Positions 14,037-28,220 of a stretch of 64,000 nt of DNA are shown here, in pieces; the stretch's first letter is position 1, and each line of letters begins with the position of its first letter. Source of the DNA: the human T2T-CHM13v2.0 reference genome, Homo sapiens. The position numbers and the translations under genes are program-made. Below the pieces are notes generated by a model. It ran no database searches. It was not told the DNA's origin and worked only from the letters and a program-made list of their open reading frames with translations. The stretch lies in the NCBI RefSeq assembly GCF_009914755.1, contig NC_060935.1, one strand, 5' to 3'.

Positions 14037-16180
14037 TACACATAAGTATTCTGCTAGGTACTAGGGATAAAAGGCAGAACAAGATAGACACGATCTCTGT
14101 CTTTATAAACTATATATTCAGAAGTGGCTTGAAAAAAATACAAAGACAATAATAAATATTTATAGATATTTTTTAAATGAAAGAGGTTCTGTATACCCCA
14201 TCTTAAGGATTCCATCATGGTTGATTGAAATAGACATGGTTATGTGATCCTCTGCAACCAACAAAGCCTCTAGGTTTTGTCTCCTATTTTGATATTTGAC
14301 AATTAGGTTAAAATATCAGTGTTTCTACAGAGCTTCTTCACACCTCTCACAGTCTAGTTCCAAAAAGGGGATTGATCCCTACAGCTGATTTTGGAATAGG
14401 TGAGCCGTTATTATTATACATATTCTCCCACTTTAACATAATTCCTATATAGAAGTTACTATATATGTTTTGTGATGGAGCTGTCAGTGAAGTTTGAAAT
14501 AGGGATTAAATATTAAGATGAGTTTTAAAAGTTTAATTAGGTCACTTATTTGAAGAAGGTGTTTAAATATTCCACACCAGCAGCCATAAGTATATGCTAA
14601 ATGAAAATAAATTCAAATGAGAAAGAAACTAAATAAATGTCTTGTTTAGATATACTATTCTCAAGCTATTATGGAAATTAACTTTTTATTGACTAAGAAA
14701 AAAATCAGTAAGCATTAATGCACAAATCTCATTCAGAATTGGAGTTATATCTGGAATATACTCTCAAAACCACAAATATAGGGAGAGCTCAATGCTCCCT
14801 CTGCTAACAGTGTTTGTAATTATGTCTCAATTTCAACAGAAGTAATTCTCATATAATCTCAAGAGAAAAATGCCTTCAATGGCAATTTTTAGACTTCCTT
14901 TTTGCCATCTTGCTTAGATTTCTAAATCATAGTTACAAAAAGCTTTTTTAATTTTTTTAAGTCATCACACATTTGATCTCTTGGCAGTTTGTCTGCAATT
15001 CAGTATGCTGGTGCCAGACTTCTCAAAAATTTCAGGGCTAGACAATGTAAATTATCATCTAGGAATTTTGCCACTGACTTGATGGCATGAGGAAGGAGAT
15101 GAGAAATTAGAGATACATAGTAGATACAATTGAGTTGATGCTTTTTAATTACCCTTTATCTTTGCTGGGTAATGCATTCTGTATTTCAATCATCTTGAGT
15201 GCAATGACTTTTATGTGGTATACTGTAGATGGATAAATATGAAACCCAAAGCACCCTGTTTATTTGATACCCTGATTGTTGAAAATGTATTTGTAGATCA
15301 AGCAGTTTGTTTATTCCCATTTTCTTCATGATAAAGGAGGTATAGAACCGGGCCAGAGCAATATAGTTGATAAACTAGAAATTTTTTAAGATTAAAAATA
15401 ATATTAGAAATCAACTTCTCCCTTCCTTGTCTTGCCTATTTACCTTCTCCAAATACTAAAGAAAAAATTAAGGAGAAAAAAATAGAAAAAGAAATTAGAG
15501 AGTAGTTTAAAAGGCCCAGCTGTGTACACAGGCATTTAGCTAGTAAGCATTAGAAAATGCATGGAGATGAGCCGAGTGGAAGGGAATACAAAAGCCAGGA
15601 AGAAAAATGTAAAGAAAATTGATAAGACAGAAAGAGGAGTTTGGTAGATGCAAACTTTAATTTTAATTTGAATATTATTAATTAATTAAAACCAATGATA
15701 GCATGAAGGTACTTTCAAAGATAGTGTATTTTATTTTCACAAAAGAAAAGTGATTTCACTGAACTGTGTGGAAAAAGGAGACATTTTGAATAAAAGGAAT
15801 TTCTAAGAATAGAATGCTGTTTGAACTGCAGATGAGAATGTACAATACATTTTGACATATCTTATACCAGCCTTCAGTTTAATAGTATTTCATGCACACA
15901 TTTCCCTTTTTCTGGAAACATATTAGAATATACTTATATTTTCCATTATTCCTTCCATTTTCTTTATTTTTCTGCAAAACACTTTTTATGCTTGGATCAG
16001 GTTGTATTCATAGATATGCATTTATAGCAAGCTGTGAGCATTATCCTGAATATATGTTCTCTGCAAGATGCCAAGCTATCAGGTTCTCCTAAAACTAGCT
16101 ATGTTGGATTTATTGGAATAAAATAGAAAACAAAAATATAAAGAGACTATTTATATGCAATGGCCAAAATATCTGTGGTT

Positions 16181-16183
<3 letters not shown>

Positions 16184-16226
<43 letters not shown>

Positions 16227-16275
16227 TACATATATACACATACAGGCATATGCATATATGAATATTATATATATT
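16184..16275. repeat. (TA)n / (CATA)-type microsatellite
   Basis: Visible. Confidence 0.9.
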
Positions 16276-16359
16276 TACAGATATTATATACACGTATACA
16301 TAAATAGGCAGATTTATTTACTATTAAGAAAATTTTTAAGAAAGGTTACAACAGCAGTG

Positions 16360-16555
16360 ATAGGTAATAATGGCTACATGCCAGGCCATGTGTCTTTTGC
16401 TGTATGCACATCATTTCATTTAGTTCTTTCAAAAACCTTATGAGTTGGACATTACTAATAATCCTCTGTAAAGATGAAGAAACCAATACTTACATAGGTT
16501 AAGTAGATTTTCTACAGTTCCACAGCTAGGCAGGGTCAGAGAAAATATTTGCTTT
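16360..16555 (-). mobile_element. MIR
   Basis: catgccaggc...tcatttagttc...aaagatgaagaaacc...ggttaagtag...cacagctag. Confidence 0.7.
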
Positions 16556-16693
16556 AAAAAGATTTGAAGCAAGGGGAGTATATATCCTTGCCACAATAAA
16601 GAAAAACAAATGAAAAGTAGGTGATAGAGGACATATGAGATATTAAATTGATAGAGAGAGATACTAGAATTGATCTTAGCCAAATGGTCAAAG

Positions 16694-17165
16694 CAATAAA
16701 ATCCTGTCATTTGCAGCAACATGAATGAAATTGGAGGTCAATATGTTTAGTAAAATAAGCCAGGCACAGAAAGACAAATATCACATGTTCTCACTCATAT
16801 GTGGGAGCTAAAAAAAAGTAGATCTCAGGGAGACAGAGAGTAGAATGGTGGTCACCAGAGTCTGGGAAAGGAAGGGAGGAGAGGTGATGAAGAGAACATG
16901 GCTAAGGAGTACAAAAAAAACAGTTAGATAGAAAAACCAAGTTCCAGTATTTGACAGTACAGTAGAAAAATCATTGTTAACGATAACGTACCCTATTTGC
17001 AAAATATCTAGAAGAGAAGAATTATACACACAGATTAAAAATGTGTTTGAGGTGATAAATATTCCAATTACCCTTATTGGATCATTACATATTGTATACA
17101 TGTATTAAAATATCATCTGTACACCAAAAATATGTACAACCATTTTCAATAAAATTGTTTAAAAA
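16694..17165 (+). mobile_element. L1MA 3' end
   Basis: aaatcctgtcatttgcagcaacatg...aagccaggcacagaaagacaaatatcacatgttctcactcatatgtgggagctaaaa... Confidence 0.9.
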
Positions 17166-17502
17166 GAAAAGTTAACACTTAATTTTATTCAGACTATGTA
17201 GATACTGCTTAACTCTATTCTAAAACTGACTATTGTGAACAATCTGAGATAAACATGATTACCTACATCTCTCAGTTATGTGTATGGCACTTTGGGAAGC
17301 CAACTTTGGGAAAGGAGAGTTGGCTAGAGTTCCAGTGTGTTTATTTCCTTAATGTCCAAAAACCTCACTAAAATATTGTTACGGGTAGATTCGTTTTCAA
17401 ACCACTATGCTTTTAGGAAGATATGTTAGATTCCTCATTATCTCAGAATGTGGCCTTATTTGCAGATAAGTTCTTCATAGAGGTAGTTGAGTTAAAATGA
17501 AG

Positions 17503-18379
<877 letters not shown>

Positions 18380-18916
18380 GAGGTCATTGTGGGGGCGGGG
18401 CGGGGGTTCTTCATGCAACATGACTGGCATTCTGGTAGAAAGAGGGAATGTGGAAACCGATGCACACGTGCATGTAGGGAACCCAATGTGAAGACACACA
18501 GGGAATACCACCATCTACAAGCCAAAGGGAAAGACCTAGTACAGATCCTTCCCTGAAAGCCCTTAGAAGGAACTAACCCTGCTGACAACTTATCTCAAAC
18601 TGGTAGCCGTCAGGAGAAAAGGCATTTCCATGGTTTAAACTACTCAGTTTTTGGTCTTTGTTACTGGTAGTCTTAGCAAATGAATGCAAATGCAACTTAA
18701 AAGTGATGACTTTGTATAATTTTTATAGGAGATCATGTCTCCTATAGATATATAGCAGGTTTGTCTTTATTTCATAGTCAAATTTTCAATTTAATTTAGA
18801 AGTTCCTTTGGGGTTATTATCTTCCAATATGATTCCATATGCCTTGATCTTCCTCAAATTATTCAAAAGATTTGATGTACCAATTAATACTTGGGTTTCA
18901 ACAGTCTGATAAGTTA

Positions 18917-19193
18917 ATCTTTACATTAGCATGGTATAAAAATTTAAGGAGCACTTTAACATGTAATGCTGGCAAAACTTCGTAGGCTTGATCCCTAAAT
19001 GGTCAATATTCTAATCCTTCTCTGAGAATCTTAGTAAGAAGTTCCTACTAAATGGTGAGATTAATAGTGTAGCTGGAATATGGTCCCATTTGCCTCAGGG
19101 AAACCTTCAATAGATGATATTTTGAGAACTCTAAAAATGGCAGAGATCTTATAAAACATTTTGTGTCACTCTCTTAATAAATGCATGGTTAAA
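18917..19193 (+). repeat. Left arm of 277-bp inverted duplication (non-TE sequence)
   Basis: Reverse complement of 23401-23677 with 4 substitutions and no indels (aligned by hand). Confidence 0.97.
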
Positions 19194-20953
19194 TATGACC
19201 TATTTATTTAACTAGGAATAAATTGAAAGAACAAAGTTGAAGCATGCACACTTATTTGACACTTGAACTGAACATTTCTAAGGTGATTCAGCCAGATATT
19301 GCTCTGATATAAACATTCAATGCCTTCACATTTTCTCTATTTACTTTTTTCTCTAAAACAATTTTACATTGCTCTTCCCTGTCTAGCTACTCAAAAGTTC
19401 ATCTAACACATTTATTTTTCTTTCTTAAACATAAATTATGTTTAAAGGATTTGGGAATAAAAGGATAAGTGAAATGATCACTAAGTGCAAACTCCTCAAG
19501 AAATGGAGTGTGTTCTCTTAAAATAATTTCCTGTAGATACCACCAATTTGCAAGCACATCAAAGATAAGAAAGTTATGCTTTCTGTGTGTGAGATGCATA
19601 CAGGTACCAATAGTCTTTTTAGTTAATAATAATGCCTTATATTTTATAATTAGCTTTTATCACTTGTTACATTTAAAACTTTTATCCTTTAATAATAACA
19701 CTTAAATCATATTGGAATTACAAAATATGAAATCATTTCTGATTTTCTCTCTCAGTTGCTTTTCCTTTCTGTGACTTAGTTTCTTCAGCACAATGACCAA
19801 AATGTATACCAGATTGTTCTTTGTAATTGTATCAGGTTAAAGTCTAAAAGTCTTACAAATTTTTAATAGATACATACAATATTTACAAATATGTCATATG
19901 CCATTTAACCTACCCAAAGTTTAAAAGCTCATAAGTTTTAAAATCCTATAACTAGCACTGTGACAAAAGAATTTAATATATATATAAATCTGTTTTAAAG
20001 TTTTCTTTAATCATGTTCACTCTGTCTCAATGCAAAAGAATTATACCATTTTGGAGATGTATTTTTCTTATAAATAATGATAATATTTGCCATGGTTTGT
20101 ATGTCTGACTTTTAAAAATATGCTTATTTAACATTACTTTGATAGTTGCTTGAAGGGAAAAATAATAGCTCATAGTATTCTTTAGATGATAAGACTTTGA
20201 TCAGTTTCTTTCTTGTTAGTCTAAGTGGTTGCATTTGGTCCCCAGAAAAATTTTCATGCATATCAGATAACCAGACAGTTTTTCTACCCATTAAGATATT
20301 GTGTTTTTCCTTCCTTAACTTAATTTCTTGTAACAAGGCTATTTTTCAGTGTATTGAATTTTTTTATATCATGGAGAAATACATGCTCTATTACTTCTTT
20401 ACAAAGTCATTTGCATATAAATGAGCTCCCCCTCCTATCTCTGTCTATTGTCTTCATTCTGCAAACATTTGCATATTTGAACGAGTCTTTCAGACCACAG
20501 ATTCAGTTCAAGCACGAAAAGTATTTGCAATACTGCATTTTGGGAAATGGCAATGCCATGCTACAACTTATTTACCGAGTTCCTATTCTTCACTGTCAGA
20601 GACTACACTTACTAAGAACAAAAAAAATCAAAATTGAAGAAATAAAATAGATTCAGAACATGAGAATAAGGAGGGTCTCAAGAGCTTGAACCACAGACAT
20701 GTATCTTCTGTCTTTATTATTAACTAATATGCTGGGAGTTCGAAAAATTCTATTTGATTCTCTACTTTGTAATCAAATTAATTGAATAATAGTTCAGCCT
20801 CTTACTTTTCTTAACTAGTACAGATGCAACAAAGTTCAACTTTCCCAAAGTCACCAATTACATTTTCAGGTACTTGTAGTGTGCTTTTATTTTGATTGCC
20901 ATGTGATTCTAACTACCCTATGCTGAATATTCATTACCAAAAAAAAAAACTCA

Positions 20954-21274
<321 letters not shown>

Positions 21275-21526
21275 CTAACAGTTTACTATTAAAAATTCTA
21301 TTTATTCAATTATTTTACTTTTATTCATCTACATATACATAATTATTTTAATTATGATATAGTTTCTGGTTTAAAATTTTTTGTCTTATATATATTTTTA
21401 AATTAAAAGATTAAAAGATACAAATTCTAAGATGTAAAAAAAATACAAAGAACTTGAAAGGAGTTAAAGCTTTACCCTTTGCCCTCAGGCCCCATCCTGT
21501 TTCCCGACTATTGATAATTTAGAGAT

Positions 21527-22063
21527 CATGATGGTTAACACTGAGTGTCAACTTGATTGGACTGAAGAATGCAAAGTATTGTTCCTGAGTGTGTCTGTGA
21601 GGGTGTTGTCAAAGGAGATTAACATTTGAGTCAGTTGACTGGGAGAGGCAGACCCACCCTCAAGCTGGGTGGGCACCATCTGATCAGCTGCCAGCAGGGC
21701 TGGAATAAAAGCAGGCAGAAGAATGTGGAACAATTAGACTGGCTAAATCTTCTGGCCAACATTATTCTCCCATGCTGGATGCTTCCTGCCCTTGAACATT
21801 GTACTCCAAGTTCTTCATCTTTTGGACTCTTGGACCTATGTCAGTGGTTTGCCAGGGGCTCTCAGGTCTTTGGCCATACACTAAAGGCTGCACTGTCAGC
21901 TTCCCTACTTTTGAGGTTTTGGGACAGGGACTGGCTTCCTTTTTCCTCAGCTTGCAAATGGCCTATTGTGGGAGTTTACCTTATTATACTCCTTAATAAA
22001 CTCTCCTTTATATATACATCTATCCTATTAGTTCTGTCCCTCTAGAGAACCCTGACTAATACA
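21527..22063 (+). mobile_element. ERVL solo LTR MLT2A (A1/A2)
   Basis: tgatggttaacactgagtgtcaacttgattgg...ggcagacccaccctcaa...ctctagagaaccctgactaataca. 5-bp TSD gagat/gggat. Confidence 0.92.
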
Positions 22064-22189
22064 GGGATATATTCACAAAGTCAATATTCCTGCCGAAGAA
22101 ATAACAACCAAATTATGTTGTCATTTGTAAAGAGGTCACATTTTCCTCATTATAGGACCCAACCCAAAATTGGCACAAATAACAACATG

Positions 22190-22255
22190 GACACATATAC
22201 ACAGGCACAAATACACAAACACACACACACAAACACACAGAAACACACACAGAAA
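22190..22255. repeat. Imperfect (CA)n
   Basis: Visible. Confidence 0.8.
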
Positions 22256-23256
22256 CAAGCCTCTCATCCGGACAGTGCTCTCATTTTGCCTCTAGCCCTC
22301 ATCAGCCATGGTCAAAAATAATTTTAAAAAATATTATCTTGACTAGCTCTTAAATTTACCCAAAGACTTATTTATTTAGATAATCCACAATATTCTTTAT
22401 AAACATGCAAAAAAATATTTTCCGCATCTTCTAAGTTGGGTTGAATACACACTTTTTGGTATAGGCTGTTCTCCTTTGGTGTGCTCTATCCATTATTTCC
22501 TTCAGAAGTGACAATAACTTTGCTTCTATGAAATTAATGTTCTGATATTTTCTTCTAGCCATTGCCTTCTCAAGGCTTCTAAAGTATTCCTTGATCACAC
22601 TAGTGATTAAAATGATGCCACTCCTCTAGGTTACTGTTTATCTATGAGTGTGTGCAGTCTGCACACGGAGTGAAATAGAGGAAAGAGATGGTTGATAAAG
22701 ATAGTTTTTCCTCAAATGTCAGGAGGTTTGACTTGTATTTCTTTCCCATTACCTTGAAAATAAAATATGATTTGGAGAATATTGAGTTAACTTTCTACCT
22801 TTCAAAGAAATAAGGGGATTATAAACCTTCCTATATTTGCTGGAAAATCATTTGACATTGTATAAAAGGTGACAATCATATATTTTGAAAAAGTACTATC
22901 TCTTCTGGCATTATAGCCCAATAAAATAAATTCAAAGACTCGTGAACAAAGATGTTCTTTGCTACATTGTTTGCCATCCATATGACCATCGGTTGATCCT
23001 GCTTAGATAAATTGTGTTATATCTTATGAAAGACTCAGTCAATATCATAGCGTTTATTGAGAAATGCAATAACAGAAATATTTACCTTCCAAACTGGGCT
23101 AAGCCAAGTTTGTCTTAAACAACTGTTAAGTTATTTTGCCACTTTTAGTAGCCTCCAGTAGCTTTTGGAAAGGGTCGGCTGCTCCTCCAGAATCATCCTA
23201 TTAAAAATTTTAATGAAAGCAAATCTCTGGCCCTTTTCTGCCACACATGCTGACTT

Positions 23257-23387
23257 GTTTTTGTTTGTTCTTGCTGTTGTTTTTTGAGTCAGAGTCTCCA
23301 GGTCTCAAACTCCTGACCTCAAGTGATCCACCTGCCTTGACCTCCCAAAGTGCTAGGGATTACAGCCATGAGCCACCACACCCAACC
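23257..23387 (-). mobile_element. Internally deleted Alu / FLAM-like monomer
   Basis: T-rich tail and gagtcagagtctc joined directly to the left-arm sequence ggtctcaaactcctgacctc. TSD tgctgactt at 23248-23256 and 23388-23396. Confidence 0.9.
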
Positions 23388-23400
23388 TGCTGACTTTTAT

Positions 23401-23677
23401 TTTAAGCATGCATTTATTAAGAGAGTGACGCAAAATGTTTTATAAGATCTCTGCCATTTTTAGAGTTCTCAAAATATCATCTATTGAAGGTTTCCCTGAG
23501 GCAAACGGGACCATATTCCAGCTACACTATTAATCTCACCATTTAGTAGGAACTTCTTACTAAGATTCTCAGAGAAGGATTAGAATATTGACCATTTAGG
23601 GATCAAGCCTACGAAGTTTTACCAGCATTACATGTTAAAGTGCTCCTTAAATTTTTATACCATGCTAATGTAAAGAT
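23401..23677 (-). repeat. Right arm of 277-bp inverted duplication
   Basis: Reverse complement of 18917-19193. Confidence 0.97.
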
Positions 23678-24314
23678 GAAGAAATAGCTCTACAATATCC
23701 TACATAGTTCATTTGTCATTAATACCATTTCTAACATGTTTTTTGCCAATTAACTAATTTTACCAATAAAAACTCAGTTCTTTAATAAATTATACAAAGC
23801 CTCTGATGCAGATGGGGCATAGAGACAGCTAACTTACTCACTGTACCAGCCTCTGTAATGTGGAATTTCTGATACATGCTAGTTGAACACTCCTGGAGTA
23901 TAAATTTCTGATTGTGAGACTAGAAGGTCCTGGAGCACAGCTTACACAATATAATACATTATGAAGTGTTCTAAAATTAGTTGCAGACATCAAAATATAT
24001 GTAACACTGCATTTAAAAACTTAATGAAAATCATATATATGCTATAATTTGACACTAAAAATACACCAAAATGCGAACGTTAGATGAGTTTTATTTTCTA
24101 CCTTATAGATATGTATTATTTTTTGAAATCCCTTAAAATACTATAGAATAAATAGAGAAACAAGAAATTATATTACTTAAACCCAAAAGGCATAGATTAA
24201 GGGAAGAAGATCTTATGAACTGTGTTCTAGGCAACAGGAAGCCTCCATCATGATCCTTCAAATATGTACTTAGGGGTCCACTAAGTCAGGATCATTGCAT
24301 TAACTATGCCTTCA

Positions 24315-24618
24315 GGACAGGCACCATGGTTAATGTCTGTAATCCCAGTACTTTAGGAGGCCGAGGCGGGCAGATCACTTGAAGCCAGGAGTTCTAGACC
24401 AGCCTGGGCAACATGGTGAAACACCGTCTCTACTAAAAGGTACAAAAAGTAGCTGGGCATGGTGGTATTCACCTGTAATCCCAGCTACTTGGGAGACTGA
24501 GGCAGAAGAAATCGCTTGAACCTGGGAGGCAGAGGCTGCAGTAAGCTGAGATCACACTACTGCACTCCAGCCTGGGCATCAGAGTGAGACTCCGTCCCAA
24601 AAAAAGAAAAATTAATCA
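24315..24618 (+). mobile_element. AluS-like SINE
   Basis: Full Alu. Perfect 13-bp TSD aactatgccttca at 24302-24314 and 24619-24631. Confidence 0.96.
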
Positions 24619-24729
24619 AACTATGCCTTCAATTTGTAAATAGACGACTCTCAGCCTTTCTTGTAAAGTATTTTTATTTGATTCTTTGATTGTTTCTTTC
24701 TTTAAAGGAGAACAGTTGGACTACAAATC

Positions 24730-25435
24730 CAAACATAAATTAAAAATAAGAGGCTTAATTCTCCCCATTGAAAATAAAGGAAGGGGTTTCCCTGTTTTTC
24801 TTTTTCTTAGAAAACTTGTAATTTTCTTTAGAAAACGTGTACTTTTAAGTTTTTTATCTGTCTCTCTGAAATGTATGTAAATCCTCCTAAAAGCTACATA
24901 TGACTTTTGCCAGCCTTAGGATGCAGGAATGTCTTTCTCAAGGACCTGGGAATCATTTTTTTGCAATGTAAACAGCCAAGCATATAGTGCCACTATTTCC
25001 TTGTTTCTTTGTGAGGATAGGAGCCTACCTTTGGTTGGTTTCTGGCTCCAATTGGCAAAACTACCTTCTTTCAAAAAGATTTGAGCAATTTACTTTTCCT
25101 TTGTATAAAGCCAATTAACAAACACAAATGATCACCCCAATTGCCAAGTGAATTTAGGATAAACTATGTGTGACAAATGGTGTCAAGTCCTCTTACTTGA
25201 GGACTACTTACTGTTTACCTTGAGAACATGTGTATAATGAATTTTATCTGCTTGGCTGTATAAAAAGGTAAAAAGATTCTTTCTGCCTTTGCAATCTTTT
25301 AGCAGACTTCTTGTGATGCACATTATGTTCTTGTTTAATACCGTGTCAGCAATAAGATTGTATTCTTTCTCTTTTACCCTTATGGAGATGTTCTGGGTAA
25401 GGAGGAGATTTTGTTTTTAATTATCTTTCCCCAAC
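24730..25435 (+). mobile_element. ERV1 (MER4-group) solo LTR, subfamily uncertain
   Basis: ctctctgaaatgtatgtaaatc, tttctcaaggacctggga, ggataggagcctac, TATA-like gtataaaaagg; ends ...tttccccaac. Confidence 0.7.
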
Positions 25436-25637
25436 TACACATACCTTCAAAATGCTTTTTTAAATACGTTTTTAAATCTATCACTTATTTTATAACAATC
25501 ATTTCTTCTAAAGAAATCATCAGTCATAGACATATTTGTTCCCAAATCTGCATTTTTTCTTATTTTTGAAAAGTTTTTTTTTTTTTTTTTTTAACCTGTA
25601 TGTGTGTGTCTGCGTATTTATAAGATTTAAAAAGTTC

Positions 25638-25934
25638 GGGCTGCACGCGGTGGCTCACGCCTGTAATCCCAGCACTTTGGGAGGCCCAGGTGGGCAGATC
25701 ACGAGGTCAGGCATTTAAGACCAGCCTGGCTAACATAGTGAAACCCCCTCTCCGACTAAAATACAAAAAAATTAGCCGGGTGTGATGGCGGGCGCTTGTA
25801 AACCGAGCTACTCCGGAGGCTGAGGCAGGAGAATGGCTTGAAGCTAGGAGACAGAGGTTGCAGTGAGCCTAAATCACGCCACGGCACTCCGGCCCGGGCG
25901 ACAGTGCGAGACTCCGTCACACACACACACACGC
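25638..25934 (+). mobile_element. AluS (Sg/Sc-like) with (CA)n tail
   Basis: cagatcacgaggtcagg shows the diagnostic 2-bp deletion; tail is (CA)n; aaaagtt on both flanks. Confidence 0.93.
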
Positions 25935-26249
25935 AAAAGTTTGAAATGCAAAATATAAAAGAATAGAAAGAAGAACATAAAAGCAGTTAAGCTCTACCCT
26001 TCTATACTTCACATTCAGCATCTCTACTTCTGAGATAAACAAGGCACCCAATTGGCATTTCTTTTCACACCTTTTTCCATGTAGATTTATAATTTCCATA
26101 TATAATTCCATATAAAAACATCTTTGCCAGCTATGTAGTACTAGGTTAAGTACAGATGATTTTGGAGTGCCTTAAGTGTAAGATGTAATTTGATAGGATA
26201 AATTTCCAAGGTTCTTCCTCTTTATTCCCAGGTATGGGGCTTTTAATAA

Positions 26250-26777
26250 TGTCAAAGAAAAATTGCACCAAATGAAGTTAAACAGGAAGAAAGACTTTAA
26301 TCAAGACTACTGTAATAGGGGTTACGTCTAGTACAACAGGGGAGAAGATTAAATTCAACTCTGTTGAAACAAAAGGCCAGAGAGTTTATAAACACTCAGA
26401 TGAGTTGATGGAAAAGTCTGGGAGGACATTAAGGGAGAGAGGCTGGTACATGTAATTAGCCCACGTGTATTTTCTACTTGACATTTAACAAAGGCTTCTA
26501 TCTGCTCACAGAGACTGGTATACAGGGACCCTCTCTTTCTTGATTATTACATTTCAAATAAATTGCTCCCAGGTTCTTGAGAAAGAAATTTCTGTGTTGT
26601 AAAACTGGCAAGAGGTTGGGAGAAGATTTACATCTCAAAGGGGTAGAGAAATAACTTAAATTGCAAGTTTTCTAAAGTAAATGCTCTAAGAAAAGAGAGA
26701 TTAGGTGCCAGTAGTTGGGAAGGAACATACCTGTTGTTTATTCAGGTTGAGGGGAATATTAAGGCCATCCAGGTTAA
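26250..26777 (-). mobile_element. ERV1 solo LTR (MER67/MER31-like)
   Basis: tgtcaaagaaaaattgcacc...aagttaaacagg...ctcccaggttcttgagaaag...gaggggaatattaaggcc. Confidence 0.75.
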
Positions 26778-27899
26778 AAGTTAATAACCTGGTTAGAGCT
26801 GTGAAATGACCTGGTAGAAAAATATAAAATTCCAACAGGAATCAGGTGGCAAGTTTAGGTATGTGCTTAGCCCTTTTCAAAACAATCAACAGATAGTTGC
26901 TTAGGATGAGATATCAAGGAAATTCTGTATGTGGGAAGCTTCTGCTGAAATAAATGCAGTAATATATATACTAAGCTAGGCCCTGACATATTCTATTCCA
27001 CATAACCATTTTAAATAGCTGAACACTTAATTTCTCTATGTGATCAGTTTCACCATCTTATTGACTGTAAATAGAAACCAATTACATTTTTTTCTAGCCA
27101 TCATTTCAGGAACTATAACAAAACTGAAATGTCAATAAATATTGATACATCTTAGCTCAGCACAGTCCAATGATCTCATAACTTCCACTTCTTTTTGACA
27201 GTTTTTCACAGATCTAGTTTAACTCTGCTGTATATTTTCCAGTCTCCTCCAACCTTTAACCATATCTCTTCCTAATTAATTTAAATATCAATAACTTACC
27301 CCATCTACTGACAATTTCATAAACTTATACAATGTTTAGAACATTTCTACCTTTTGTAGATACGTATAATTGTTTTTAACATTGATTTGAAAATAAAAAT
27401 TAGTAATCATACATGTATACCATTTATCCCATAAATATCACCTGTTCATGGTCGATTGCATAAATGGCACAGGCTATAAGGGTACATTATGTCTTCAAAT
27501 ACTGTAGTAAATTGTAATGAGGATAATACTTTTCCTTTTAACTTCTTTGTTTTGCTCTGTTTGTACAATACACAGAAAATTGCTCAGCTTGTGGTCTACA
27601 GCCAGCAATTAACACCACTTAGCAGCTGTTAAAATGGGTAATCGCCTGTTGTTACCTTCATGTGGCTTAATTCAAATGCTAATTGCTCTCTGAGCACTGA
27701 TCATAAACCTATCACATCCAGTATAATCACAGACACATTGAAGTAAAATAACTACTACTTTTTCATGGTGGGGGGGAGGATGGTCAGAGTGGGAAAAAGA
27801 AATGTTCAAGAGATTTTAAAATTTGAACCATGATAAAATGCAATGGGGCAAATTTCAAAGGGATTTAGTATTCATGCGGTGCTATAGTTCCATCATGTA

Positions 27900-28220
27900 G
27901 AACTGTGTTGTCCATTATGGTAGCCATTTGTCATACATGGCTATTGAACACATAAAATAAACCTAGCCCAAATAATTTAAATGTACTGTAAATGTAAAAT
28001 ATACACCATATTTCAAAGACATATTACTAAGAAAATAATGTGAAATATCTCATTGATAACTTTTATATTGATTGCATGTTGAAATAATATTTTGGATATA
28101 CTAGGTAAAATAAAAGATAGTATTAAAATTAATTTCAACTATTTTATTTTTTTAATGTGGCTACTAAAAACTTAAAAATTATATGACATACATTATACTT
28201 CTAGTACCTAGAACTGAACT
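27900..28220. mobile_element. MER33-like hAT-Charlie MITE
   Basis: tgtgttgtccattatggtagcca...catggctattgaacac...aatgtggctacta. Confidence 0.8.

Noticed and set aside
21626-22045. 139-aa ORF
   Set aside because: Lies wholly within the MLT2A LTR, non-ATG start, no recognisable domain.
24850-26680. Inverted similarity between the two ERV1 LTRs
   Set aside because: Patchy family-level homology, not a local duplication.
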